The position numbers and the translations under genes are program-made. Under the pieces are notes generated by a model. That model was not told the origin of the DNA. It did no database searches and saw nothing but the letters and a program-made list of their open reading frames with translations. Shown here piece after piece: positions 34,834-43,466 of a DNA stretch of 64,000 nucleotides. Source of the DNA: Candidatus Nanopelagicales bacterium (GTDB taxonomy: Bacteria; Actinomycetota; Actinomycetes; S36-B12; UBA5976); assembly GCA_018402365.1 (NCBI GenBank), contig JAGYJD010000002.1:2859-66858 (forward strand), written 5' to 3'. The first letter of the stretch is position 1. Every line of letters begins with the position of its first letter.

Positions 34834-34862
34834 ACCAAATCAAAACTCTATGAGAGGTAAAT

Positions 34863-35171
34863 ATGGAAATCACTATTCGTGGTCGACATGCAGATATAAC
34901 CCCAGCCTTTAAGGAGCACGCAGCTGCGCAAGCGGGTCAAGTGGACCGGTTTGGTATCAATATTGCAGTTTTAGATGTTGAAGTTACACACGAAGAAAAT
35001 AAACGCCAAACTAAGCAAGGCTTTAAGGTTGACTTGACGGCTAAAGGGGCGGGCACCTTGCTGCGGGCTACTGCTAAGGCTCCACAAATGACTGCTGCGC
35101 TAGATGCCGCTGTAAAGAAGTTAGAATTGCAATTGCGAAAAGTTTCTGAGAGAAAACAAAATCACAGATAA
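34863..35171 (+). CDS. hpf: ribosome hibernation promoting factor, short form (RaiA/HPF domain only)
   Basis: MEITIRGRHADITPAFKEHA... sigma-54-modulation/S30EA fold; 102 aa; SD GAGAGG. Confidence 0.85.
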   Translation: MEITIRGRHADITPAFKEHAAAQAGQVDRFGINIAVLDVEVTHEENKRQTKQGFKVDLTAKGAGTLLRATAKAPQMTAALDAAVKKLELQLRKVSERKQNHR

Positions 35172-35200
35172 CAACTTTGGCTTGAAAAAGGAGCTCTTTA

Positions 35201-37873
35201 GTGCCAGCCGTATTTGACCGAATTCTGCGCGCCGGAGAAGGGCGACTTCTAAAAAAGCTAGCGGCAATTGTTAAAACTGTAAATGCGCTTGAATCTGATG
35301 TAGAAAACTTAAGCGACGATGAACTCAAAGGATTAACTGAAACTTATAAAACTCGATACCTCAATGGCGAGTCTTTAGATGAATTATTGCCTGAAGCTTT
35401 CGCCACGGTAAGGGAAGCTTCAAAAAGAGTTTTAGGTCAGCGCCATTATGACGTACAGCTCATGGGGGGTGCGGCGCTGCATTTAGGGAATATTGCAGAA
35501 ATGAAAACTGGTGAAGGAAAAACTTTAGTCTCCACTTTGCCTGTTTATTTGAATGCGATTAGTCAAAAAGGCGTGCACGTGGTGACGGTAAATGATTACT
35601 TGGCAAGCCGCGATGCTGAGTGGATGGGAAGAATACACAGATTTTTAGGTCTGACAGTGGGAACTATCACAGCTGACTTAGATAGTGCTGAAAAACGTGA
35701 AGCCTATTTATGCGATATCACCTATGGAACAAATAATGAATTTGGATTTGATTACTTGCGCGACAATATGTCTTGGAGTCCAGAAAAACGAGTACAAAGA
35801 GGACACAATTTTGCGGTAGTGGATGAAGTCGACTCTATCTTGATTGATGAAGCTAGAACCCCACTTATTATTTCTGGTCCAGCTGATGGCACTACCGAGC
35901 AGTACAAAGTGTTTTCAAAACTTGTTTTACAGCTCAAAGCTGAAGAGGATTATGAAGTTGATATCAAAAAGAGAACTGTAGGTGTGTTAGAGCAGGGCAT
36001 TACTAAAGTTGAGACTGCTTTAAAAATTGAAAATCTCTACGAATCTGCCAATACCCCACTAATTGGCTATCTAAATAACGCTTTAAAGGCTAAAGAGATT
36101 TACCGAAAAGACCGTGATTATGTCGTAATGAGCGGTGAAGTCCTAATCATTGATGAACATACTGGAAGAATTTTGCAAGGACGCCGCTATAGCGAGGGTA
36201 TGCATCAAGCAATTGAGGCAAAAGAGGGCGTAGAAATCAAGCAAGAGAATCAAACTTTGGCTTCGATCACTTTGCAAAACTATTTCAGGCTTTACAACAA
36301 ACTAGCTGGTATGACTGGTACAGCAATGACCGAGGCATCTGAGTTCGACAAAATCTACAAGTTGGGAGTTATCCCAATTCCTACAAATAAGCCAATGGCG
36401 CGAGCTGACCTTACGGATTTAATCTTTAGGACAGAAGATGCAAAATATCAAGCGGTAATTGATGATGTTGTCGAAAGAAATAAAAAAGGCCAACCGATTT
36501 TGATTGGCACCGTAAGCGTTGAAAAGTCTGAGTATCTAAGTAAAGCTCTCACCAAAAGAGGAGTTAAGCACGAAGTTTTAAATGCTAAAAATCATGAACG
36601 AGAAGCCATTATTGTGGCGGAAGCGGGTCGCAAAGCTGCGGTAACTGTTGCCACCAACATGGCTGGCCGCGGAACTGACATCATGCTGGGCGGTAATCCA
36701 GAATTTATTGGACGAACTAATTTGGCTACACGCGGGTTAGATCCAGAAGAAGATTTAGCTGGATACTCAAAGGCTTACTTGGAAGAGGTTGAAAAAGCTT
36801 CAGCCCAAGTGCAACAAGAGCATGATGAAGTTGTGGAGCTGGGTGGGCTTTACGTACTTGGAACTGAACGTCACGAATCACGCCGCATCGATAATCAGTT
36901 GCGGGGCCGCTCTGGACGTCAGGGTGACCCGGGAGCTTCCAGATTTTATTTATCTTTGCAAGACGAATTGATGCGTCGATTTAATGCTGAGTTAGTCGAT
37001 GCATTTTTGCGCCGGTTCAATGTTCCAGATGATCAACCAATAGAAGCCAAGATGGTTACAAATGCCATCAAGAATGCACAAACTCAAGTTGAGCAACAAA
37101 ACTTTGAAATTAGAAAAAACGTTTTAAAATATGATGAAGTACTCAACTTACAAAGACAAGTTATCTATGCGGAACGTAAGAGAATTTTAGAGGGCGAAGA
37201 CCTTTCAGCACAAATTCAGCAATTCATTTCTGAAACAGTAAACGATTATGTTACTGCTGCTTTAGGTGATGGCTTTGAAGAAGAATGGGACCTAGAATCT
37301 TTATGGACAGCATTTAAGACGCTCTACCCGATAGGTGTCTCAGTCGATAAAATTCGTCAAGATTTGGGTGGAACGCTCGACCAATTCTCGATTATCGAAG
37401 CCATCGCGGAAGACGCAATTGCTGCTTATCAGGTTAGAGAAGCTACTTTAAGTACATCTGTAATGCGCGAATTGGAACGTCAGGTGATGTTGGCGGTGCT
37501 GGATAGAAAATGGCGTGAGCATCTATATGAGATGGATTATCTGCAAGAAGGAATCGGATTACGAGCAATGGGTCAGCGCGATCCTTTGGTTGAATATCAA
37601 CGAGAAGGCTATGACCTTTTTGCCGCCATGATGGATTCGATAAAAGAACAAGTAATAGGTTTTGTCTTCAATGCTCAGGTTAATCTGAATGACCCGAACC
37701 TTCCAAAGCAAAAAGACGAAAATTTGCAGTATTCAGCTCCGTCGCTAGATCAGGGGACAAATACTGCACCAGAAAGAGTCCCCGCAACCCGTGGCCCAGA
37801 AGTTGGTAGAAATGAACCTTGCCCCTGCGGGTCTGGTAAGAAATATAAAAAGTGTCACGGACAACCGACTTAA
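35201..37873 (+). CDS. secA: preprotein translocase ATPase SecA
   Basis: 890 aa with Walker [10 protein letters not shown], the DEAD-like [20 protein letters not shown], and a C-terminal zinc motif [17 protein letters not shown] start after AAAGGAG. Confidence 0.97.
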   Translation: MPAVFDRILRAGEGRLLKKLAAIVKTVNALESDVENLSDDELKGLTETYKTRYLNGESLDELLPEAFATVREASKRVLGQRHYDVQLMGGAALHLGNIAEMKTGEGKTLVSTLPVYLNAISQKGVHVVTVNDYLASRDAEWMGRIHRFLGLTVGTITADLDSAEKREAYLCDITYGTNNEFGFDYLRDNMSWSPEKRVQRGHNFAVVDEVDSILIDEARTPLIISGPADGTTEQYKVFSKLVLQLKAEEDYEVDIKKRTVGVLEQGITKVETALKIENLYESANTPLIGYLNNALKAKEIYRKDRDYVVMSGEVLIIDEHTGRILQGRRYSEGMHQAIEAKEGVEIKQENQTLASITLQNYFRLYNKLAGMTGTAMTEASEFDKIYKLGVIPIPTNKPMARADLTDLIFRTEDAKYQAVIDDVVERNKKGQPILIGTVSVEKSEYLSKALTKRGVKHEVLNAKNHEREAIIVAEAGRKAAVTVATNMAGRGTDIMLGGNPEFIGRTNLATRGLDPEEDLAGYSKAYLEEVEKASAQVQQEHDEVVELGGLYVLGTERHESRRIDNQLRGRSGRQGDPGASRFYLSLQDELMRRFNAELVDAFLRRFNVPDDQPIEAKMVTNAIKNAQTQVEQQNFEIRKNVLKYDEVLNLQRQVIYAERKRILEGEDLSAQIQQFISETVNDYVTAALGDGFEEEWDLESLWTAFKTLYPIGVSVDKIRQDLGGTLDQFSIIEAIAEDAIAAYQVREATLSTSVMRELERQVMLAVLDRKWREHLYEMDYLQEGIGLRAMGQRDPLVEYQREGYDLFAAMMDSIKEQVIGFVFNAQVNLNDPNLPKQKDENLQYSAPSLDQGTNTAPERVPATRGPEVGRNEPCPCGSGKKYKKCHGQPT

Positions 37874-37944
37874 CGCTAAATTTCATCAAGAATACTGACG
37901 TAGCCTGTTAGGGTTACAACTTAAAACTTTGGGGTGATAAAAGT

Positions 37945-38538
37945 ATGGCAAGACCTCCGAAGGCTGATTATGTTAATTTAATGATTAAATTGGTAAGTAA
38001 AAAATTACTAAATAATGAAGAAGTGAAGATCGCTGATGTAGCTAGCGAATTACAAGTGAGCCCAGCCTTAGTGCATTTTTATTTTCATGATCTTAAGAAT
38101 CTTACTGATGCCGCTTGGCAAAATATATTTATGGCTTTTGTTAATGAAGATCTTGACGCAGTCAATGAATTCGCTCCAGGCAAAGATTGGGATGGTGTAA
38201 GAAATTTAATTAGAGCGATATTTTCAGCAGAGCGAGATGATATTCATTTTTCGCATGCCAAGGCATTAACTAATAGATTTAATTCAGAAGAATTCAATAC
38301 CGTGGTCGGTGAAACCCATCAGGCGCAAATTGATTCTTGGAAAAACCTAATGGAAAAATACACTCAAGCGGGGGTGGTAAAACCAGTAGTTGATACTCAG
38401 GCTCTGGCAATTTTGTTTATCGCGGTACCCCTAGGAGTTGCCTTGGTAAAACCAGAGCTGACCCCAGGGGAGCGCAAAAATCTCTCCGAAGCATGGCTCG
38501 CCATGATTAGAGCTGTTATGGACCCAGACTTAAGCTGA
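37945..38538 (+). CDS. TetR-family transcriptional regulator
   Basis: N-terminal HTH VKIADVASELQVSPALVHFYFHDLKNL; 197 aa. Confidence 0.7.
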   Translation: MARPPKADYVNLMIKLVSKKLLNNEEVKIADVASELQVSPALVHFYFHDLKNLTDAAWQNIFMAFVNEDLDAVNEFAPGKDWDGVRNLIRAIFSAERDDIHFSHAKALTNRFNSEEFNTVVGETHQAQIDSWKNLMEKYTQAGVVKPVVDTQALAILFIAVPLGVALVKPELTPGERKNLSEAWLAMIRAVMDPDLS

Positions 38539-38541
38539 GTA

Positions 38542-39021
38542 TCAGGCAACTAGCAGTTCAGTGCAGCGCCAGCGATCGGATTCAGCGACGAGTCGCATAG
38601 CCATAGCCCTGCCTCTAACTCCCTTTTGGATCACTGCGCTTACATTGATGACATTTTCATTTAGTTGAGAAACCTGAACGCATCTCAAAAGTGGTCGGGC
38701 TCGGTTTCCGGCGGGAGGTGGCCAGATGGCACGACGTTGCACTGAGCAATAGACATCAAAAGCTAACCAACGAATGAGTTGAAAAGCTGGGCGATCTCCT
38801 ATTAACACCTCAGCGATACCAATTGCTAACTTTTCGCTCCATACTTTTGGATCAGGCAGTCGAGACAAAGATTTCGTGCTAATTTCTTGATGATCAAAAG
38901 TTAAGCACAACTCAAGATCGAATTGTTCTTGCAGATACACGGAGTTTTGCTTATCTGGCGTTTCGATGGTTCCTAACACTCTTCCTACTTTGGTGAGCGG
39001 CTTGGTTTTAAGATCTTTCAT
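38542..39021 (-). CDS. Rv3235 family protein (conserved secA neighbour, function unknown)
   Basis: LIGDRPAFQLIRWL...VSAVIQKGVRGRAMAMRLVAESDRWRCTELLVA matches the pattern I recall for this family, and the gene sits next to secA. Confidence 0.65.
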   Translation of the reverse strand: MKDLKTKPLTKVGRVLGTIETPDKQNSVYLQEQFDLELCLTFDHQEISTKSLSRLPDPKVWSEKLAIGIAEVLIGDRPAFQLIRWLAFDVYCSVQRRAIWPPPAGNRARPLLRCVQVSQLNENVINVSAVIQKGVRGRAMAMRLVAESDRWRCTELLVA

Positions 39022-39137
39022 ATAACCCCCTTTAAGGAGCCAGTACTGTCTAACACTTTCTGGGAAAAGTCAAATGAATTAACCGAAAAGTACCTATTTT
39101 TGAAAATAACTTGATTCTCACAAAAAGAACTACCAAC

Positions 39138-39674
39138 ATGTTTCGAATGAAACGAGATTTCTTAAGTCAAGTAGAAAAAAACATAGAGGTTCAAGCCGGT
39201 GGCTTGCTGGCGATGGCGCGGGAAGATCAGGCATTTTCTCAGGCGCGGGGTGAGTTGGCTCGGCTCGAGATTGCAGATCGGTTGCGGGCTAAAATTGGCA
39301 AGTCGATCAAGGTTTTAATAATTGAAATCGGTTGGTTCGAAGGAACAGTTCAGCAGGTATTTTTAGATCACCTTCTGTTAAAAATCCATTCAAAACTTTG
39401 GCTTATCAAGTTTTTTAGCTTACAAGCTGTGCAAAGGCTGGAACAAGGGGTAAAGAAACCTAATCGACTTGAAAAAAATTGGACAATTAGTTCTACGTTT
39501 CGCGACTGGATGATAGATCAGACAAAGGTCACAATTCGAACAGTTCAAGGCTTGTCCATAAACGGAGAGATTACGCGCATCTATCAGGATCATTTAGAGA
39601 TTGGTTCAGCGTTAGAGGTAACGGCAGTACCATTCCAGGCGATTTTAGTAGCAATGAGGAATTATGAAATTTAA
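39138..39674 (+). CDS. hypothetical protein with a helical N-terminus and two tandem beta-rich repeats
   Basis: This is the first gene of a three-gene overlapping set. An internal duplication is visible (KV.I...G.....DHL). ATG at 39138; the ORF track starts at TTG 39111. Confidence 0.5.
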   Translation: MFRMKRDFLSQVEKNIEVQAGGLLAMAREDQAFSQARGELARLEIADRLRAKIGKSIKVLIIEIGWFEGTVQQVFLDHLLLKIHSKLWLIKFFSLQAVQRLEQGVKKPNRLEKNWTISSTFRDWMIDQTKVTIRTVQGLSINGEITRIYQDHLEIGSALEVTAVPFQAILVAMRNYEI

Positions 39675-40260
39675 AAAATTTCCTAAGGCAATTTTGTCAG
39701 ATAGAAGAAAATTAACTGCCACAGTTGGACTATTGCTGATTTTAATTAGTTTTGCAATTATGTATCAAGCTTTACAGCTAGCTCAGTCACGGTCTTTGGT
39801 ACCCATCGCGGTGCGAGATCTGCCATTAGGAAAGTTGGTTGAGCCAGAGGATTTAAAAATGATCTCGGCCGATCTTGGCACTGTCAAAAACAACTATTTT
39901 TCTAATCTAGATGAGATAGTAGGTAAAGCAGTTATTCAAAATATCTCTGCTAATGACTTGATTTCAATAGATGCGGTAGGCAAAAGTCGTGACCTACGCA
40001 CATTAGCTATGAAGCTCTCGTTGGGAAGCGTGCCTCCAGACTTAGCAATTAATGACAAGATTGATATCTGGTGGACTAATCCAGAAAATGCAAAAGCAGA
40101 GAATTTAATTCAAGATGTAAATACCGCTCAAGTCATAAAAGATGGTTCTGGTTATGCCAGCACGATTACAGTGGTAGTCGCAATCCCACCCTGGCAAGTT
40201 GCCAATTTGATCACGGCAGCCAGGACTGAATCTTTGGATGTGGTGAAGCATGAAAACTGA
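39664..40260 (+). CDS. SAF-domain, CpaB/RcpC-like single-pass membrane protein
   Basis: An N-terminal TM helix (LTATVGLLLILISFAIMY) followed by a SAF-like region (VPIAVRDLPLGKLVEPEDL...GKAVIQNISANDLI). There are 11-nt overlaps on both sides. Confidence 0.62.
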   Translation: MKFKKFPKAILSDRRKLTATVGLLLILISFAIMYQALQLAQSRSLVPIAVRDLPLGKLVEPEDLKMISADLGTVKNNYFSNLDEIVGKAVIQNISANDLISIDAVGKSRDLRTLAMKLSLGSVPPDLAINDKIDIWWTNPENAKAENLIQDVNTAQVIKDGSGYASTITVVVAIPPWQVANLITAARTESLDVVKHEN

Positions 40261-41485
40261 AATTCTTCTTGCAATCAATGACTCCGAATGGGAGCTGGAG
40301 CTGGGTAGAGCTATTTCTGAAAGTCCTTATTTAAAAATTTCGAGAAGGTGTGTGGATTTATCTGAAGTACTAACCATGCTTGAAGTTGACAATCATCAAG
40401 CAGTGATTTTTTCTAGTGAATTACCAGGATTAGACCTAGCTGCGGTATCTCGAATAAAAGAAAAAAATTGTCTAGCGCTTGGAGTATTTAAAGAGGGGGA
40501 ATTTGGACAAGCTGAATTTTTATCTGAAATCGAAGTAGCTCAAGTGCTTAGCTTTAACTCTCATTCTAATACTGCATTTATAAATAATCTTATTTTTTGT
40601 TTAAATCAATTTTTATCAATCACTACTCCTGAAGTTAATCAAGGAATAATTCCTGGGCTAATCGCAGTATGGGGGGCGGAAGGGGCACCAGGCCGTACTA
40701 GCCTGGCAATTGATTTTGCCACTAGATTAAACAAAAATAATTCGTCCAGTTTGTTAATTGATGCTGATGTGCAAGCTCCCGCGATCGGTGCCAGCTTGGG
40801 AATCGCCGAAGAAATCTCAGGAATAAGTGCAGCGCTGCACCTTGCCCAAAATGGAAAATTGAATCAACAAACATTCTCTGATTGTCTAAAGCGAGACCTT
40901 AAAGGCATGGCAGTGCTTACAGGAATCATGAATCCCAACCGTTGGATCGAAATGAGAAGCGGCGGATTAGAGAAACTCTTTAAATTGGCGAGCGGTGAAT
41001 TTACCCATCAAATTGTAGATATCAATGCGAGCCTGCCTGATCAGAGAGATTCTAATTTTCCAGAATTTGACTCTACGGTGAGATTTGGACATTTAAAAAC
41101 AATTTTTCGCTTGGCAGAAAAAATCGTTTTTGTCACTAAAGCTAATCCGTTAGGGATAATTAGAACAGCCGAGGTATTACAAAATCAAAGTCTTTTTGAA
41201 GCAGAAAAACTATTAGTAGTAGTTAATCAAGTTAATCAATATTCCTTTGCAAAGTATGGAACAAAGTTGATTGAAGATGTGCTACATAGATTTGTTCCAG
41301 CACACCGAATTTGGTACCACCAAGCTTTTAACGAGGAGTACGCAAAAGCTTGGCTCAAGGGGGTTAGCGGCTATTCCCTACTCAAAGGCGAATCAGATTT
41401 AGACTCAATTTTTGATGAATTAAAATCGCAGGAAGTAAATAAAATTGAACTTTTTGAAAACAAAATCTCTAAGCCTGCCGCTTAA
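40250..41485 (+). CDS. TadZ/CpaE/Ssd-like protein: atypical receiver domain + MinD/ParA-fold domain with a degenerate P-loop
   Basis: A receiver-like N-terminus lacks the acceptor Asp (AVIFSSELPG). The P-loop region reads IAVWGAEGAPGRTSLA, followed by LLIDADVQ. Confidence 0.62.
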   Translation: MKTEILLAINDSEWELELGRAISESPYLKISRRCVDLSEVLTMLEVDNHQAVIFSSELPGLDLAAVSRIKEKNCLALGVFKEGEFGQAEFLSEIEVAQVLSFNSHSNTAFINNLIFCLNQFLSITTPEVNQGIIPGLIAVWGAEGAPGRTSLAIDFATRLNKNNSSSLLIDADVQAPAIGASLGIAEEISGISAALHLAQNGKLNQQTFSDCLKRDLKGMAVLTGIMNPNRWIEMRSGGLEKLFKLASGEFTHQIVDINASLPDQRDSNFPEFDSTVRFGHLKTIFRLAEKIVFVTKANPLGIIRTAEVLQNQSLFEAEKLLVVVNQVNQYSFAKYGTKLIEDVLHRFVPAHRIWYHQAFNEEYAKAWLKGVSGYSLLKGESDLDSIFDELKSQEVNKIELFENKISKPAA

Positions 41486-41957
41486 AAGCAGTCTCTATCA
41501 GCATAAATTCTATTGCAGAAATATCATTCCAGGTTTTTTCAGCAAAATTCTCTATCTTTTCACCAAAAAATGGAAGTGAAGCCGAGATTTCGAGATCAAG
41601 AACTAACTCTGTAGCTGAATTTTTGGGCAATAAGCTCAAGTTTCCAGAGATACTAAGGGGAGCATTTTTAATTTCAATTATGACTTCAGCTGCTGTTAAA
41701 TCCTCACTCCAAACAAATCGTTCGGTGACTGATATTTGATTACCCAAAAAACTTTGTACTATCTCAGGTAGTTCGCGCTCAAAATCTCGGATTAATTCAG
41801 TTGTTATTGAGTCGTCGGTTTGACTCGTAGTGAATTTACTACTTTTGGCGTGAGTAGCATCCCCCTTTTTTAAATTAAAGTCTTTACTCTGCAAGAACTC
41901 TGCCAACTCTTTCACTCTGGCATTAATCACCGTAGTGTTTCTGATTTTTTTACTCAA
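41469..41957 (-). CDS. DUF2505 (SRPBCC-like) family protein
   Basis: About 160 aa. LPEIVQSFLG...ISASLPFFGEKIENFAEK resembles the DUF2505 C-terminal pattern. TTG start. Confidence 0.5.
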   Translation of the reverse strand: MSKKIRNTTVINARVKELAEFLQSKDFNLKKGDATHAKSSKFTTSQTDDSITTELIRDFERELPEIVQSFLGNQISVTERFVWSEDLTAAEVIIEIKNAPLSISGNLSLLPKNSATELVLDLEISASLPFFGEKIENFAEKTWNDISAIEFMLIETAFKRQA

Positions 41958-42061
41958 TTTTTATCCTGAATCCATCCTTAGCAAGAGGCAAATTTGGTAC
42001 ATGATTTATGAAACCTATTTGACTTCAGCAACACTCAAATAATAAAGATAGTGGAGTGTTG

Positions 42062-42838
42062 ATGAAGTATCGTTCATTTAAACTTTCAGCGCGTGATCGA
42101 GTTGCGCAAAATAGAATCTTGGCAGGCTTAGTAAGTGCTGCCATTGTTGATATCTGGCGCAATGTGGTTGGTATTTCGCCCGGATGGGATGACTCTGCAG
42201 TTTTACCTAGTAAATTCTGCGTCGGATCCAGTTCACAATTGTTAGTTTTCTGCCTAGATTCAATAGACAACATGATTCACTCACGCACTTACCTGACCGC
42301 AGAGGATTTGGCGCAAGGTTTAACTCAAACCATCAAGGTATTCGAACGTGGTTTGGCAGACCCTGGTGAATTATGTGCGAATTTTTTAGCTCAGCAGTTG
42401 AGTGAAGTCGTTGTTAAAGAACAAGCATGGCAGCGATTTCGAGCTCCCTTGATTTCACTTAGTGGACGAGAGGCGAACTTTATTGAATACTTGCCGATAG
42501 CGTTTTCAGCCTTGGCGCTGGATTCTAACTGGGGGAGAGCAAAGCAAGTACTTTGCTATCTTTCAGAGAAATTTCAAATTGATTTAAATTGTGAGTATAT
42601 TTGGCAAACCTGGATGGCATTTCATCGTAAAGAAGATTTAATCGTGCGTTACCAAAACTTAGAGAAAATTATTCTGGATTTTGAAATTAGTCCAGCTGAA
42701 GCAATGGTGGCTGCATTCAACTTTGGTCTAAAAGACGGCTTAAAGACTTTTTACAACTCTTGGCCCAACCGAATGGATGTTTTTGAGGCCTTTGAAGTGC
42801 TGGCAAATCGGTTAGTTACGAACTTGAACCATCACTAG
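42062..42838 (+). CDS. hypothetical protein (orphan, probably all-alpha)
   Basis: A 258-260 aa ORF with GTGGAG 5 nt before ATG at 42062. I recognise no motif. Confidence 0.45.
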   Translation: MKYRSFKLSARDRVAQNRILAGLVSAAIVDIWRNVVGISPGWDDSAVLPSKFCVGSSSQLLVFCLDSIDNMIHSRTYLTAEDLAQGLTQTIKVFERGLADPGELCANFLAQQLSEVVVKEQAWQRFRAPLISLSGREANFIEYLPIAFSALALDSNWGRAKQVLCYLSEKFQIDLNCEYIWQTWMAFHRKEDLIVRYQNLEKIILDFEISPAEAMVAAFNFGLKDGLKTFYNSWPNRMDVFEAFEVLANRLVTNLNHH

Positions 42839-43428
42839 TTTGATTTACGAAGTTTTTCAGTGAGTTTCCACGCCGATGGTAGTAAGAGCCCCGCCGCTAT
42901 CGCTTTGGCTATGTCACCGATTATAAAAGGTAGTACTCCTATAGTCAGCGCAGTTATAATTGAAATTTGTGCGTAAAGTGCTAATCCAATTACTCCAAAA
43001 AAATAAATTATGGTAGATCCAACTACATAACTAAAAAAGACATGTTTAAATTTATGAGTGGAGTATTTATTTGCGGCATAGCCAACCGCTAAAGATGCGA
43101 ATATAAATCCCATCAAGTAGCCACTAGTTGCTCCATAGACAGCTGAGAGGCCACCCTGACCATCTGCCATTATCGGCAATCCGGCAAGCGCCAAAGTTAA
43201 GTAGAAAAATTGAGCAATCGCTGCTCTCTGGGCACCCACCGTGGCAGCACCCAGCAAGATTACAAAAGTCTGCAGCGTTAGAGGGACTGGTGTGAAGGGC
43301 AGGTAAATTGCAATTTGGGCTGATATCGCAGTCAGTCCGATCAAAGTAGAAATTTCAACCACTGCTGCAACCTTAGTTTTTTCAAACCAATGATCTACCA
43401 GCACTGACGGCACTATTAGGCTCACCAT
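42835..43428 (-). CDS. bioY: biotin transporter BioY (ECF S-component)
   Basis: 197 aa with 6 TM helices. TPVPLTLQTFVILLGAATVG and GGLSAVYGATSGYLMGF are typical of BioY. Confidence 0.85.
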   Translation of the reverse strand: MVSLIVPSVLVDHWFEKTKVAAVVEISTLIGLTAISAQIAIYLPFTPVPLTLQTFVILLGAATVGAQRAAIAQFFYLTLALAGLPIMADGQGGLSAVYGATSGYLMGFIFASLAVGYAANKYSTHKFKHVFFSYVVGSTIIYFFGVIGLALYAQISIITALTIGVLPFIIGDIAKAIAAGLLLPSAWKLTEKLRKSN

Positions 43429-43466
43429 AAAACTCCTCGAACATACTCTAGCCTTAGGTATTGAAA

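Noticed and set aside
34563-34862. I considered whether the comF-hpf spacer encodes a tRNA, tmRNA, RNase P RNA or SRP RNA.
   Set aside because: There is no cloverleaf or T-loop GGTTCGAATCC-type box. There is no GAGGAAAGUCC (RNase P CR-I), no tmRNA tag reading frame or 3' ACCA context, and the size does not fit SRP RNA. It is kept only as an unclassified structured RNA candidate.
42025-42273. An 82-aa minus-strand ORF overlaps the start of the 42062-42838 gene.
   Set aside because: It has no SD and an odd composition, it spans the putative promoter of the + strand gene, and it would run into the DUF2505 gene start region.
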